Shown here piece by piece: positions 23,401-35,536 of a stretch of DNA of 64,000 nucleotides. The notes under the pieces are model-generated. The model searched no databases. It worked only from the letters and a program-made list of their open reading frames with translations, and was not told where the DNA came from. The stretch is from Botryllus schlosseri. Taxonomy: Eukaryota. Location of the stretch: assembly GCA_051294905.1 (NCBI GenBank), contig CM119374.1, forward strand, positions 29,884,001 to 29,948,000, in the 5' to 3' direction. The position numbers were made by a program, and so were the translations under genes. Numbering within the stretch: the stretch's first letter is position 1; every line of letters starts with the position of its first letter.

Positions 23401-26400
23401 TTTGGAAATGGTGAGTCTCTCTCCTATGAAAGTTTGTCACGCAGCGAACAGCATAACGTATGATAGCTCATTTTGCCTTTTATTTTGGTGTGATGATAGG
23501 CTTGGCTGCATCAGTCTTAGACTTTTACAAACTACATGATTTTCAAAACGCGCAACTGGAACTGCAACTGCTCACTCTTCAATACTCGCAACTAGAATTA
23601 GGACTAGAAATACTCACTTTTTGGAATTCGCAACTAGAACTGGAACTCCAAAAATGGAACAGTTTTTAAAAGTCTTCAGTTCTAGTTCTCGTTGGGAGTT
23701 CTAGCACTACTCACTTTTCAAATTGTACAACTACAACAGGGGTGTCAAACATACGGCCCGCCAGACGATTCCATCCAGCCTACGAAGCAATTTTGAGTAA
23801 ATTAAACATGCTTATATCATCCAGCACACTCGTGACAAATGTTGACGTATAGGAAATACTTTCAATAAATAATCCCTCAAGACAGCAAATGTCGAGCACG
23901 TCCATTGTCCATAGGTCACATTATAACCACCCGACTGCGGGGTTGTGGTTTCACCGTAGTTACCTTTCGGAATAAGCCCATGACATTTTGACAATCAATT
24001 CCAAGAGGGCAAAAAGTGCACACTGATCTCAGAGTTTTATGGAAAAATGGACCAAAACGTAGTTATTCACAGAAGCGAAAACGCCAATGTGGAACCGTTA
24101 CATACGGTTTACTAATAGAATATATTAGTCAAACAAAATATATAATTCAAATATCTGTGGTCGGACTTCGGTGTCACTTAAGACTCGAAAGGTCCCCGGA
24201 CTACAGTTAAATCTCTTGCATTAATTTCTTATCAAACACATGGCTAACGCCTGTGCATAGATAAGTGCCAACTTATATCGATAGTCGTTTGCGCCACTGT
24301 TTCAACGGTTCATATCGGTATTCAACCGGCCAAGCATCGTTTTTTTTGGCAATTCCGTTGTTCGCGAATAAAGGTGTTGCTACTTGCTAGAATAAAGCCC
24401 CTGTGATTCGTAGTACCATTTAATTTACTGAAATCTATATATAATAATAAAGTATTCGAGTGATCATTCTGGAATCAGTTGACTGGTGCGGCCCGCGAGC
24501 GCTTTGAAGGTTTGAATCCGGCCCGTGACGAAATTTGAGTTTGACACCCCTGAACTACAACTACTCACTTTTTGATTCTTACAACTACTACTAGGACTAT
24601 TCACTTTTCAATACTCGCAACTAAAACTAGTACTACTCACTTTTCATAATCTAGAACTAGAACTACTCAGAACAACAGTTAGTTGCGGATTTTTAAAAGT
24701 CGTCAGTTCCAGTTCTGTTTGTAGTTGTGAATTTTGAAAAGTGAGTAGTTCTAGTTCTAATTGTGCATTTTCAAAATCCGGTAGTTTGTGCAATCTGACT
24801 CTCATAAGATCAGTAGCGAATGTCGGTGATACGTTGAATCTTATTGAAAATGTAGGAAATATTTACTATATTTGTATTTCTCATGTTACAAACAGCATTT
24901 TTACCAACAGGCACCGATGTCGTGGAATTGAACAAGTGCAAACACACATTTCATCTGGAATGCATAGAAGCGACGTACTCGCACGGAGTCAAGGTACCGA
25001 CTTGCCAATTTCATCGACGCATTCACCGGACCGGCCATGTATTCAGGGTGGTTGCATCGTCTGCCCGTATTGCAATACGTTGCACGGAATAAAGACCGGC
25101 GACCAGCCCGCTGGGACCATGACATACTCCAGGTCACACTATTCACTACCAGGTGAGATATAGTCAGAGATAGAGTAAGTATTGCTACTCGATTAGCAGT
25201 GAATCAATAAATAAAAATTAAGTCAAGTGAATAAATTGAGTGAATATAATAATAATTATTTTTTCAAATTGAACTGACCACTTGATAAATTTGGTTGGTT
25301 GGCTAAAAAAACGCTGCACATCAAATTTGGCTCAATTCCAACCAGTGGAAGCGAAGTTATTGCAGTAGAAAATTTTGGATTTGAAAAAATAGTATTTGCG
25401 GAGGCAAATTCTTCCATTATTTATTATAGACCTACCAAACGTGAATACTATTTTTTCAAATTCAGTTATAGCTCCACAATTATTTCCAAATTAGATTATA
25501 ATATAAATATAGCTCCACACTACACAGTGTATTCCAATTTTTTTTAAATATATTGATGTTCTAGTGTTGAAATTGACAAGAAGTAGATTGTATGTCCGAG
25601 GTCAAGAAATCTTGTTCCAAATTAAACTAGAATGAGAATAATAGCTCTACAGTTTTTTCGAAATTAGATTAAAATTACAGTTACCGGACTCTCAAAAACC
25701 TGCAAATGGAATGAAGCTCAGTTCAAATATAATTAGAGTTGATTCTAACACGCACGCGAATGGTTAATGCCTGTACAGCAAACTTGGCTGGGTTTGCACG
25801 ATCCAGTTCGGTAGCATTTCAGGAAAAGCATAAATTTGACTAGAATTAGATTACCGGCATCACTCTCTTATTAGTCTAATTAGACAACTAGAATTATCCA
25901 GCTGTCGAAGCATGGTACCGGAAGCCTCCTGCTGCATCAGATTTTGTTCCCTCTTCGCAGGCTATCAGGGCCACGGAACCATCGAAATCCAATACAACAT
26001 TCCGAGTGGGACCCAATACAGCGAGCATCCTCACCCGGGGCAACAGTTTACAACCCCAGGCTTCCCGAGGAGAGCCTACGTACCAGACTCGGACGAAGGT
26101 AGATCTGTGAGTATCTTGAATGACTGTTTTTTTCTCTCCGTTCTCAGCCTAAGGCGCATGATGATGTCACACAAAAATGCACTTGCTCAACATGACCTAG
26201 GCAATGGCAATATTAATCAATGTGAGCGACAATCTTTTTTTTCTGGATGCCGGGGATTCACTGATTGCTAGGATGATTTTTTTACCTAAAAACGGAAGAT
26301 TTTGGCCTAAAACTTTTGACATTTTTTGATTTTAAAAAACTCAATTTTGAACCAAATTTTGACCTAACGTATGCAAATTAGGTGTTTTCCCATGTAATGT

Positions 26401-29086
26401 TGGAATTGTACTACTTGCCTTCATTTCTGGTTTGAACTGTCTGTCCTTACGAAGTAGTTTGTCCTTAAAAAACTTTTATGACTGAAAAACTGACAAATTT
26501 TTACATGGAAAAAACTTTGTTTTAATAAAATCCTACCCTATGAAGAATTCCAGTAGTTATATCACGTATTATGGTGGAAATAATTTAAATTTGTTGTAGT
26601 ACAACGAAAGATACTTCCCTACATTCTCGGGTAGAAAGTGTCTGTACTTACCAAGTAGTAAGTAGCTTGCCAATAACGAGAAAGAATGTTCTACAGCAGC
26701 AGTTGTTGGCAGAAAACACTGAAGTTGTGCGTACACTGCTGGTGACACACCGTGTTGCTTCATTCTGACAATGGTGTCTACATCACAACTTTTCATCATG
26801 CGCTTCTTGATATAAGAACGACGCAATGCCCACGCTGTCTTGCTTCAGTTAGGATATCGCGGTACGTTGAGCATAACACCATGTCAACCTATTTGTTTCA
26901 TTTGAATCTATAAAGTAGGCTACAAGCCGTAAAATGATAAGTTCACCAACAGTGCAAAATCGACGATACAACCGAAATGCAGGTTTCAAAAACATTTCGA
27001 ATTTATAAACAATTTTGACATTTTTTGACCTAACTCAACAATTTTGACAAAAGTTTGACTTTTTTGGCATGTAAAAAAAATTCGCCCTTCTGATTACATT
27101 GTTAGGTTGCCTAAAATATCGCTGCACAACTAATTTTGCTCAATTGCAACTGGTAGATGTGCTGAAAATTTTGAATTTATTACCAAAAAAAATTCAAATT
27201 TTACTGTTAACCCCATGAAATTGTTGAGCTGTCTACAAAAACGATGCAAAACAAATTTGACGCAATTCCAACCCGTAGAAGCGAAGTTATTTGATTTCTT
27301 CATTAATGATTACCCACCGTCCAGGCTATTCTTGCGAATCCAAAATTTGCAACTGCAATATCTTGTTTCTACCAGTGTTGGGATGACTCGAGTCATGACT
27401 TGACTCGAGTCAGACTCGAGTCAACATTTTCGTATGACTTGACTTGACTCGAGTCACTTTGCAAAAATGACTTGACTTGACTTGACTCGACGCTTCAAAA
27501 ATGTGGATTGACTCGTGACTCGGAGCAAAATTTACGAGTCAATTTCAAGTCATCAATAAGCAAACAGTGTCGACTAAATCATTGTATCATGTGCACGTTC
27601 GGATTATTCGCGATACGGCGCTGACACTTGTGAGAGCAACCAGTCAGTCATTCACTTATTGTGCGTTTCACTGGTACTCCATTGTTACATCACAAATAAA
27701 TTGACCGCAAACGAAATGATCACGGCATACGTTGTCGTAGTAGTAGTAGTAGTAGATTAATAGAAACGTATCTCTGTTTCTTAGTCGACTGAGCGCTTAC
27801 ATTAAGCAGTACCCACCTTTACCAACCCTCCTCTATGATTTAAATCGAATGAATATGGTTTATGCGTTCATATTCTCACGGATGTGCGTAGATGGGTGGT
27901 GTATAGTACCATATCAATTTGTTTAAACTTCTCGAAGCTTCGTATTTGATCCTCTATTCTGGCTGATAATAACAGACTGTAGCATGTAACTAGTTAATGA
28001 CGTATTTTATTCGCAGTTCTACGTGTGCGCGTGCGATACATTGCCTTTTTGCTTGTATGTTTAACTTTACATTCGTTATTTGATTCAAGCTAAATGGCCA
28101 ATTAATCTCTTTCACGCAGCTGGCAAAATGTTATGACTTTGAATCATCACTCATACGTCGAAGATTCAATTTAATTTGAATTGTGACTTGACTCGTGACT
28201 TGACTTGACTTGACTCGAGTCACCTCCAAAAATCGATTGACTTGACTTGACTCGAGTCACCTTCGAAAATTGATTGACTTGACTTGACTCGAGTCAAAAT
28301 CTGCAATGACTCGAGATGACTCGTGACTCGAAGGTAGTGACTTGATCCCAACACTGGTTTCTACAGGTTGGAAGTGAGCAAATATCGTTGAGCGTCGTTC
28401 TTTTAGACAACTTCACAATTTCACGAGGTTGACAGTAAAATTTGAACATGAATTTTTTTTCTTAATAAATTCAAAATTTTATAACTCCATCTATCTGTTG
28501 AAATCGAGCCAAATTTGGTGTACGGCTGTTTTATAAGCATCGTGACAATGTAATCAGTGAATCCCTTATGCCGCATTTTAACAATAACAGAACATTCTTA
28601 CTATGTATTTGTATTGTTCAATTCATTTTATTTACCACTCCCATACTGATGTATAATTCATTTTTATGCATTTTAAAGCATTAATCTGCAGCGTTTGTTA
28701 GTTTGCAGTCGCAACTTCTTCCTATATAAGAAATGTACTTACTTAACAAAAACGTTTGTTCAATTATGGCAATGTAAAGACAAAATACAAATGTGATGTG
28801 GTCTAAAATTGAAGTTTGAGGGGTGAAAACATTTTTACGTTTGTACGGATCGGAAATATTCTCTTTGCAGATATTGTTTTTACTCGTGGAAGCTTGGAAA
28901 CGGCGGCTTATATTCACTGTGGGCCGGTCAACCACAACTGGCGCTGATAACGTCGTCACCTGGTCCTCGGTCCACCACAAGACCTCAAACAATTCTCACG
29001 GCAGTCACGGATATCCGGACCCGACCTATTTGGAAAGAGTTCGCTCTGAGCTAGAGACTGTTGGAGTTTCTGATGACTGGCAATGA
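17452..29086 (+). CDS. DTX: Deltex-family E3 ubiquitin ligase (WWE-WWE-RING-H2-DTC), 11 exons, 447 aa
   Basis: Exons 17452-17494, 17553-17693, 18379-18463, 18521-18653, 21392-21606, 22336-22385, 23285-23410, 24911-24993, 25047-25152, 25961-26106, 28871-29086 (1344 nt, all GT-AG, phases consistent). Motifs: VVWEWLEDNG and KWEWQDHRPWRPY (WWE x2); CAVC...CKHTFHLEC...CPYC (RING-H2); GIKTGDQPAGTM, HPHPGQ, FPRRAYVPDSDEGR, AWKRRLIFTVGRSTTTG, HHKT, GYPDPTYL (DTC). Confidence 0.92.
19188..21069. mobile_element. Non-autonomous hAT-type element, 1882 bp, in Deltex intron 4
   Basis: TIR CAGTGGTTCTTAA / TTAAGAACCGCTG; perfect TSD TTCTAATC; GGGGGCGCTGG subterminal repeats; internal degenerate triplication of about 375 bp. 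Confidence 0.9.
19588..19615. mobile_element. Ultra-short (28 bp) TIR element, same family as 8992-9030
   Basis: CAGGGATATATAGAACTAGATATCCCTG; flanks TTGAGCGA / TTGGGCGA (7/8); followed by a tandem duplicate of the right end plus TSD (TATCCCTG-TTTGGCGA). Confidence 0.7.
21654..22290. mobile_element. Non-autonomous hAT-type element with GACTCGAGTC subterminal motifs
   Basis: TIR CAGAGTTGTAA / TTATAACCCTG; TSD CAAAATAT / CCAAATAT (7/8). Confidence 0.7.
22790..23115. mobile_element. Non-autonomous hAT-type element (GTCCTCT-motif family)
   Basis: TIR TAGGGTTACCGTA / TACGGTAGCCCTA; perfect TSD TTATAACA. Relatives at about 4470-4873, 17740-17900, 33538-33870 and 58640-58770. Confidence 0.88.
23530..23736. 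repeat. ACTAGAACT/CTACTCACTTTT degenerate tandem array (dispersed family)
   Basis: Units of about 35 bp (CAACTAGAACTAGAACTACTCACTTTTCAAAA); continues at 24553-24790. Relatives at about 33350-33430, 42720-42860, 43430-43620 and 56130-56190. Confidence 0.7.
23737..24552. mobile_element. Non-autonomous hAT-type element, 816 bp
   Basis: TIR CAGGGGTGTCAAAC / GTTTGACACCCCTG; perfect TSD AACTACAA; inserted in a CTAGAACTA..CTACTCACTTTT array. A solo right end is present near 54340-54404. Confidence 0.92.
26569..26826 (-). pseudogene. C-terminal remnant of a hAT-type transposase inside Deltex intron 10
   Basis: Peptide SPAVYAQLQCFLPTTAAVEHSFSLL...RHFLPENVGKYLSLYYN resembles the hAT C-terminal dimerisation motif P-T/S-x-A-x-(V)ERxFS; upstream sequence is degenerate. 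Confidence 0.6.
27373..28356. mobile_element. Non-autonomous hAT-type element with GACTCGAGTC/GACTT arrays (copy 2 of the 9590 family)
   Basis: TIR CAGTGTTGGGAT / ATCCCAACACTG; perfect TSD GTTTCTAC; colinear with 9590-10513 along its whole length. Confidence 0.93.
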
Positions 29087-29191
29087 ATTTTGTCGCATAC
29101 TCTACATTCCTTATCGCTGTAGTATCTAAATATATTTTGCTGCAATTTATCTGTCAATTTCCTTCATTTTTTCTTCACAATAATTTCATTA

Positions 29192-29197
29192 AATAAA
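29192..29197 (+). terminator. Candidate polyadenylation signal of the Deltex gene
   Basis: AATAAA about 105 nt after the stop codon at 29086. Confidence 0.45.
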
Positions 29198-30416
29198 TTT
29201 TGAATCACCAGAGGCGGTCAGTAAAGAAGTGCTTCTGCATTTTCAAAGTACTCAAGTAAGTCTAGACTACTTCTACCTAAGTTAGCAGTCCTTGAACACA
29301 TACTTGGAAACCGCTGCTTCTACTTCAGCGACTGTGAGGTGGTCAACAATAAATTACTTATGACCGTCCATTAATTGGAGCAGTGGCTCTGAAACTGTGT
29401 GCCGCGAATCATTTTGGAAAAGATCATTAGTGTTATGAAATAAGGCATTTGGACAACCGTATGCAATTTTAAAAGCTTCGACTACTTCAATAACTGATAA
29501 ATACGCACAAGTGAAGTGGTTACCTTGAGAGCAATCATGACATTGTAAATGGGTAGGGTAATGGCCACGACATAATTGAACTGCTATCTCTGATGGAAAG
29601 TCTGGCTTATTTCACGGTCTTATAACGAATCAACTCATGCACAATTGCACATGAAATCATGAAAGAGAGATAGAACCTTTAATCGTCCACGTAATAAAAA
29701 TGAATAACAAATAAAAACTAAGTAACGAAAAGATAAACAGAACACAGTATCGCGGCACAATTAGAAATACAATGCAAATGAGATATTAATTTTGACTTCT
29801 TTCAAATCTGTTTCATAAGAGGTACAAAAGCATTCAATTTGATTGCCTTTTGCATCTTCCACGCTCATATGCTTTTCTGTTTCGAGTGCTGTAAACGAGA
29901 TATACAGCTTGCTACGACGACGACACGCGGGCCGTAGGCATGTTTTGTCAACAAGACAACCTCATTTCAGTCGTATCTGTTCGTATAAACAAGAAGCCAT
30001 CGCATTACGACGTGAAAATATTTAGTGAAGAAACTTTCTTGTAAGTGTGCCGGGAGCGTTTTATAATTATACGAGTTTCTGGTGATGATGGTGGTTATTC
30101 TACTGCATCCGAAATGAAAGACCTGATTCGAATCCACCAGCTGTGATAGGTGATGAATTGTAGTATATTCAAAAGAACTCGTTGCGGAAGAGTGTTAACT
30201 GAAATATTCGAGTTTATTGCTTAAATAACTGATTGGTGGTACAAAACTTAAATGCAGCTTTAAAAGCTATTCTTCGTACTCTATGAATACCCTTGTATCC
30301 TAGCAACTGCATCACAAGCGATCCGTATCGTTTCGACCGCGCCTACAAGCCCCGCCTTCGATTTCTCAACACATTCCATCGCCAATGTCTCTTGCGTAGC
30401 TGCAGGGAAATTATAG

Positions 30417-32075
30417 ATGGAATTTATATCCCAGGAAAACCCCGAAAGGGGCTCCGGGCGTAAGCACGGTGGGTCACTGGCCCCAGAAAGAAATATTTCA
30501 GGAGATGAATTCATGGCTGCTAGCATCGGCGATGTCGTATGGCTTGACCAGACTATGAGAGAACGTCAGGGTCAGGCACCAGGCGTGGATAGAAACGGTT
30601 TAGCTCCAATCCATCTTGCTGCATTACATGGACGATTAAACTGTCTTCAACTACTGATTGAAAAATATGAGGAAAATGTCAATCTTAAATCGTCTGCCGG
30701 ATGGACGGCTCTGCACCTGTGCATAAACAAAGAGATTGGTTCTAGAGCTGTGAAATGCATGAACTATTTACTATCCCAAGGCGCCGACATTGACGTATAT
30801 AACGACGATAATGTGACACCAATCCATCAAGCCGCTAGTGAAGGCTTGTTTGAATGCTTGAGAGCACTAACCTCCGATGCAGATTTGGAGATTTTGACTG
30901 CAAAAGATTGTAGGGGATATACACCACTGGATTTGGCTAGAATATGGGGACACAAAAACTGCGCGAGGCTGCTAAAAAACGTGATGTGGAAGTGTAAAAA
31001 AGAGAAAAAAGCAAAGGAAATGGAGCAGTTGAAAATTGTGAAGCATATTTTTAGAGACTTGCAACAGGACGCGATACATCAGCTGCGTAACGAGCAAGAT
31101 TTTTACGGCGGTGTCGCATTCGGGAATTGGTTAGCCGAAAAAGGTTTACCGGACGATCTACGCAGTCTCGCTATGTCTCATCTTGAGAGATATCCAGACG
31201 CTCCGATCGAAGGACTGTTCAAACGATTAAGAACTAGCGGCGGGCTAGAAGATTGCGCACAGAGACTCGAAAAAGGAACTGCGAAACAGCAAAAAAAACG
31301 GCATACGCTCGGAAATCAAGCTACATCTCGTAGCAATATAACTCCAAAGGCAATCACAGAAAAATCCTCAAAAATACCGGCATCGGTCGCTCAAAAAAAC
31401 AGGGCAAAAAGTATTAAAAGAGTTAAAGTTACTGGGTTTTTGTCTGATAGCTCTGAAAGTGATGATGCATATGAAATATACTCACAAATTTCCAACACTA
31501 AAAATACTCTTACTACCAAGTTTTATAGCCAAACCCCGTGGAATTACAGTACAAATGTGAACAGCGAGCCTGCAACAGATATTAAACGTAAAGACATGGT
31601 CTCAATGAGCATACATCCGGATGAGTCCATGGATTTGTTACCTCCGAGCGCAAATCTCTCAGTACGACTTACATCAAGTCCAGAAACAAAGATTAGATTT
31701 ACGGTACCAGGCGGGCAAATTAAGAGTGCAGACGTTAGAATGCCTAAATTGCCTCAAAAATTCTTGTGGGATTCGCTATCCGGGATGGATTCGGACAGAA
31801 TAAGGATACCTCAAGAATTCAAAGCGGTGCACGTTTACGATTTGCAGAAAAAGAGATTAGGCGAAAAACCGGAAGAAGAAGCGGGCATGCATCTGCAAAT
31901 GTTCGGAGACCAAAAATTTTTGCGTAAATCAACAGTTCTCGGTGCCTCATTTCCGATTAATTTCATTTCCGGGTCGGAATCGGATATTTTGCCGCCGTTG
32001 ACGGGTAAAGCGGGACACACGAGACTTTTGGAGACTTTGAAAGGGATGAATTCTCCAAGAGCGTTTTTGGCATAA
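30417..32075 (+). CDS. ANKRD53: Ankyrin repeat domain-containing protein 53-like, single coding exon, 552 aa
   Basis: Four ankyrin repeats (GLAPIHLAALHGRLNCLQLL, GWTALHL, VTPIHQAASEG, GYTPLDLARIWGH). The flanks match ANKRD53 as recalled (FMAASIGDVVWL before; CARLLKNVMWKCKKEKKAKEM after). The C-terminal half is low-conservation. Confidence 0.8.
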   Translation: MEFISQENPERGSGRKHGGSLAPERNISGDEFMAASIGDVVWLDQTMRERQGQAPGVDRNGLAPIHLAALHGRLNCLQLLIEKYEENVNLKSSAGWTALHLCINKEIGSRAVKCMNYLLSQGADIDVYNDDNVTPIHQAASEGLFECLRALTSDADLEILTAKDCRGYTPLDLARIWGHKNCARLLKNVMWKCKKEKKAKEMEQLKIVKHIFRDLQQDAIHQLRNEQDFYGGVAFGNWLAEKGLPDDLRSLAMSHLERYPDAPIEGLFKRLRTSGGLEDCAQRLEKGTAKQQKKRHTLGNQATSRSNITPKAITEKSSKIPASVAQKNRAKSIKRVKVTGFLSDSSESDDAYEIYSQISNTKNTLTTKFYSQTPWNYSTNVNSEPATDIKRKDMVSMSIHPDESMDLLPPSANLSVRLTSSPETKIRFTVPGGQIKSADVRMPKLPQKFLWDSLSGMDSDRIRIPQEFKAVHVYDLQKKRLGEKPEEEAGMHLQMFGDQKFLRKSTVLGASFPINFISGSESDILPPLTGKAGHTRLLETLKGMNSPRAFLA

Positions 32076-33650
32076 ATTTTTTGCGATCGGAACTGACTGC
32101 AAATGTAAATTCCCGTTTTTGGCTACAGGGTAATATTGTATGTTATGTTCAAAACTTTGCCGTAAAGGCTTCTTCTTAAAGAACTTTTTTTTTCAAATTC
32201 AACTGGATATTCGATGCAATTGTTAGGTTGACTGAAAAAAGCTGCACACAAGATTCGGCTCAATTCCAACCTGTATAAGTGAAGCTATTAGATTTATTTA
32301 TTAAAAATAAGAAATTGTTTTCAAATTTTACTGTCAAACCCATCAAATCGTCAAGTTGTCTAAAAAACGATGCATACCAAATTTAGCTCAATGCAAACCA
32401 AGAGAAGCGATGTTATTAGAGTGCGAATTTTGAATTTTGGGAATTTTCTTATTTGTTAATAAAAGAGCTACCCACCGTAAATACTATTATTTCAAATCAT
32501 TTGCTTCTAAAGGTTAGAATTGAGCCAAAGTTGGTGTACAATGTTTCTTTAGCCAACAATTTTACCCAATAACCAGTAAAATTTGTAGAGAAAAATTAAT
32601 TTTCAACAACTCTGCGGTACAATTCAACTAACTTCTGCGAAATCAATTACACTCTGTTTTAAATTTTCGAGCGTATTCCTGTTTTAGATTCTTGTGTCTT
32701 AGCTATCTTTAGTCTTAGATAACTTTAGCCTGACAATTTTGTGTCGGCTTCAGATTTTTGACGGTCAAATTTCTACGTATGAGTGTTTCTTCATTATCGT
32801 ATGGGTTGATCATCATTGTTCGAATGTAACAGAACTCTGACGAACTGTTTTCTTGATAACAAATTTCAATCGCTACATTGACCGAATGCACTTAACGCAA
32901 TGTACTTTGTTATAGAAGCAAAATAATTTTTGCGACCCCCATTAATTGCATTGAAATGTGTGTAACTGTATCTGTAAAATTTTATCACTGTGAGTTATAT
33001 TTCATTGTGTCGCCAAATTCTAAACGAATCTGTATTAATCAGCATTTTCCAGGGTAATATATACAATATGCAGACCACTGCTTAGGTATTACTGAAAATC
33101 TGTTGCATGCCTGTTTTGGATTTTGAATTGCATTAAATGGGCCGATCAATTCAGGAAATCCTGCATTTCTCTTTTGTTGTTCACCCGTGAATGAACTGTT
33201 GGTCACGGTTCAATATGAACTGAAAGTCTTCTAGGTGAGTGAGATATTTGTTTTACTATTTCACTTTCTGTTCAATACTCGGTATTTTCTTGTCGAGAAA
33301 AGGGATATACGGCAACACACGTTTTGGGATCAGCGTCTGATTCATTAGAACCAAAACTACTCACTTTTTAAAATCCAAAACTAGAACTAGGCTACTCACT
33401 TCTCAAAATACACAATTAGAACTAGAACCGGCAGTAATTTGACCGAGCGAATTGCCGGTATTCTAATTTTAATTGAATTTGTGAAATGGTTCTATGCTCC
33501 CATTTTTTGTAATCAAATTTCTGGATTCCGTTCAAATTAGGGTTAACATATTTTGGAAATCTGACAGGAGGACACTTTTTCAGAATTTTCTAACTTGCAA
33601 AACCGGAGGATTATCCTGATATGATGGTAAATTTTTCACACTTCGTGGTC

Positions 33651-33825
33651 GGTTGACTAAAAAATAACAAAAAAGGTCAACTTTCTCGCTCGGCGCCCGA
33701 AATACACTGTTTTCCTTCACAATATGTGGTGGTTGACTAAAAAATAACGAAAAAGGTCAACTTTCTCGCTCGGCGCCCGAAATACACTGTTTTCCTTCAC
33801 AATATGTGGTGGTTGACTAAAAAAA
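33651..33825. repeat. 80-bp tandem direct repeat, about 2.2 copies
   Basis: GGTTGACTAA starts at 33651, 33731 and 33811; units are nearly identical; lies inside a GTCCTCT-family element. Confidence 0.9.
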
Positions 33826-35536
33826 GGTCATCCCCGGCTTAGCTCTCGAAATACATCGTCTCAGCGTTACTCCAGTGCTGTTTTACGGCATCTCATTCGA
33901 TTGTGGACGTAAATTTGACCGCAATTCTCACAAAAGAGGACAAAAGGGCGTCTTCCGAGGACGCTTTCAAGAAAGTCGAAAAAGAGGACGTATGGTAATG
34001 CTACAGGCAAACTGTACCGTGCGAAACGAACTATGCAAATTGTACAGACAGCTCTCATTTCAGATATAAACGGAACTTAATTCAATGTCCCAAGTTGTCA
34101 CGAATTCAGCAATTCTGTATCTAATCTAATCTGATAACTTTGTTGCTGTGATTCTAATCTAATTGAGTAAAACTGAAATTAATCCAACTGTCCAAGTCTG
34201 CGTGAGGCATTATTGCAAACTGCTGTTATTTTAGTGACGAATGTCGTTTGACTTTCATTATCATCATGTTGTGAAAGTGTCAAACGCTTTCTTGACTGTT
34301 CTAGACTCCGTTGAGTAATTCCATGTCATTTCCTCGCATATAACTTTCTTGTTTAGACTGCAATTTCCTGACAGTTGCGATGCTGTAAGGACAGTTGTAG
34401 TGCTTGTTATACGTTCAGAGTGCTAATGTAACAAAGATTTATCTGAAGAGATACTTGAAGACACAGAACTTCTGTATGCAATTGTTTAATATATTGATAT
34501 TGACATAAACCGGAATATTTTCGGCTGACAGTCATCAGGAGCAATTGTCAGCGACTAGTAGAGAATTCAAAAGAACTTTGTGTACGGTATCAACAAGCTT
34601 TATCTGGTGTGAAGGAAGTTGTTGCATGTGAGAGTTTAATGTTTTGCAACAAATGCAGATTTCTCTTTGGCTAAGTTGCATGTAAGTCTGTGACAGTTTC
34701 GATCACATTCTAACTAATACGTCATGGTCAGCACTTCTCTGACTCAAGGCAATTGCTCCATAAAATAACAAAATAAACTGCAGTTTACCAGGAAGATGAT
34801 TTACATAAGAATTTTATTAGGTTAAAGAGACTCTTGGAGATGAAGCTTCCATAGGCCTATGCAATTGAATAATCTATTCATATTGAAATAAACTTGTTAG
34901 ACTAATCTAATTTGTGAAGTGTTTCTATAGTCTCATTTTAATTCTGATCTAATTTCAGGTTTTCCTGAAAAGGCTTCAGGAGAACTGTATATTGTGAGAA
35001 CCGTACCAAGCTCTGTGTACAAACATCTGCCATTCATATTCTTATTAGAATCAACTTAAATTTGATATATTACCGTAACTGAACTTCATTCAATGTCTCA
35101 TTCAATATCAAAATGTTACTAGCTTACTGGATTTATCGCAATATGCTACGCTTAACTACCAGTTTCAAAAACTTGTTCATTTAACGTTCTGTGGTAACAT
35201 TCTTCATTATCAGTATCAGTTTGTTAATATACGATGTTCTTTCCAATCCTCTACTAGTTGCTGACAATTACCCCTGACAAGTGCCAGTGAGGTTCATTTC
35301 AATATGAATATGCTATTCAATTGCATGTATTGAAGTTCTGCACCTCTAAGAAGCTCTTCAGTATCAGTTTATTTCATCAATTCAAAACGTCACAAGACTG
35401 TCATCACATTTATTTCCTTCATTCTAGGCTGCAATTTGCTCTATCGATAGCGTTAGTCAATATATCAACCAATAACCGAATGGCGTCATGCTAAACGATG
35501 GTATGAATTGAAATAGCCAACAGGAAACAAATCGTC

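Noticed and set aside
33651-33825. CRISPR-like repeat-spacer structure (also considered for the GACTCGAGTC arrays)
   Set aside because: Units repeat in full with no unique spacers, there are no cas genes, and the context is eukaryotic.
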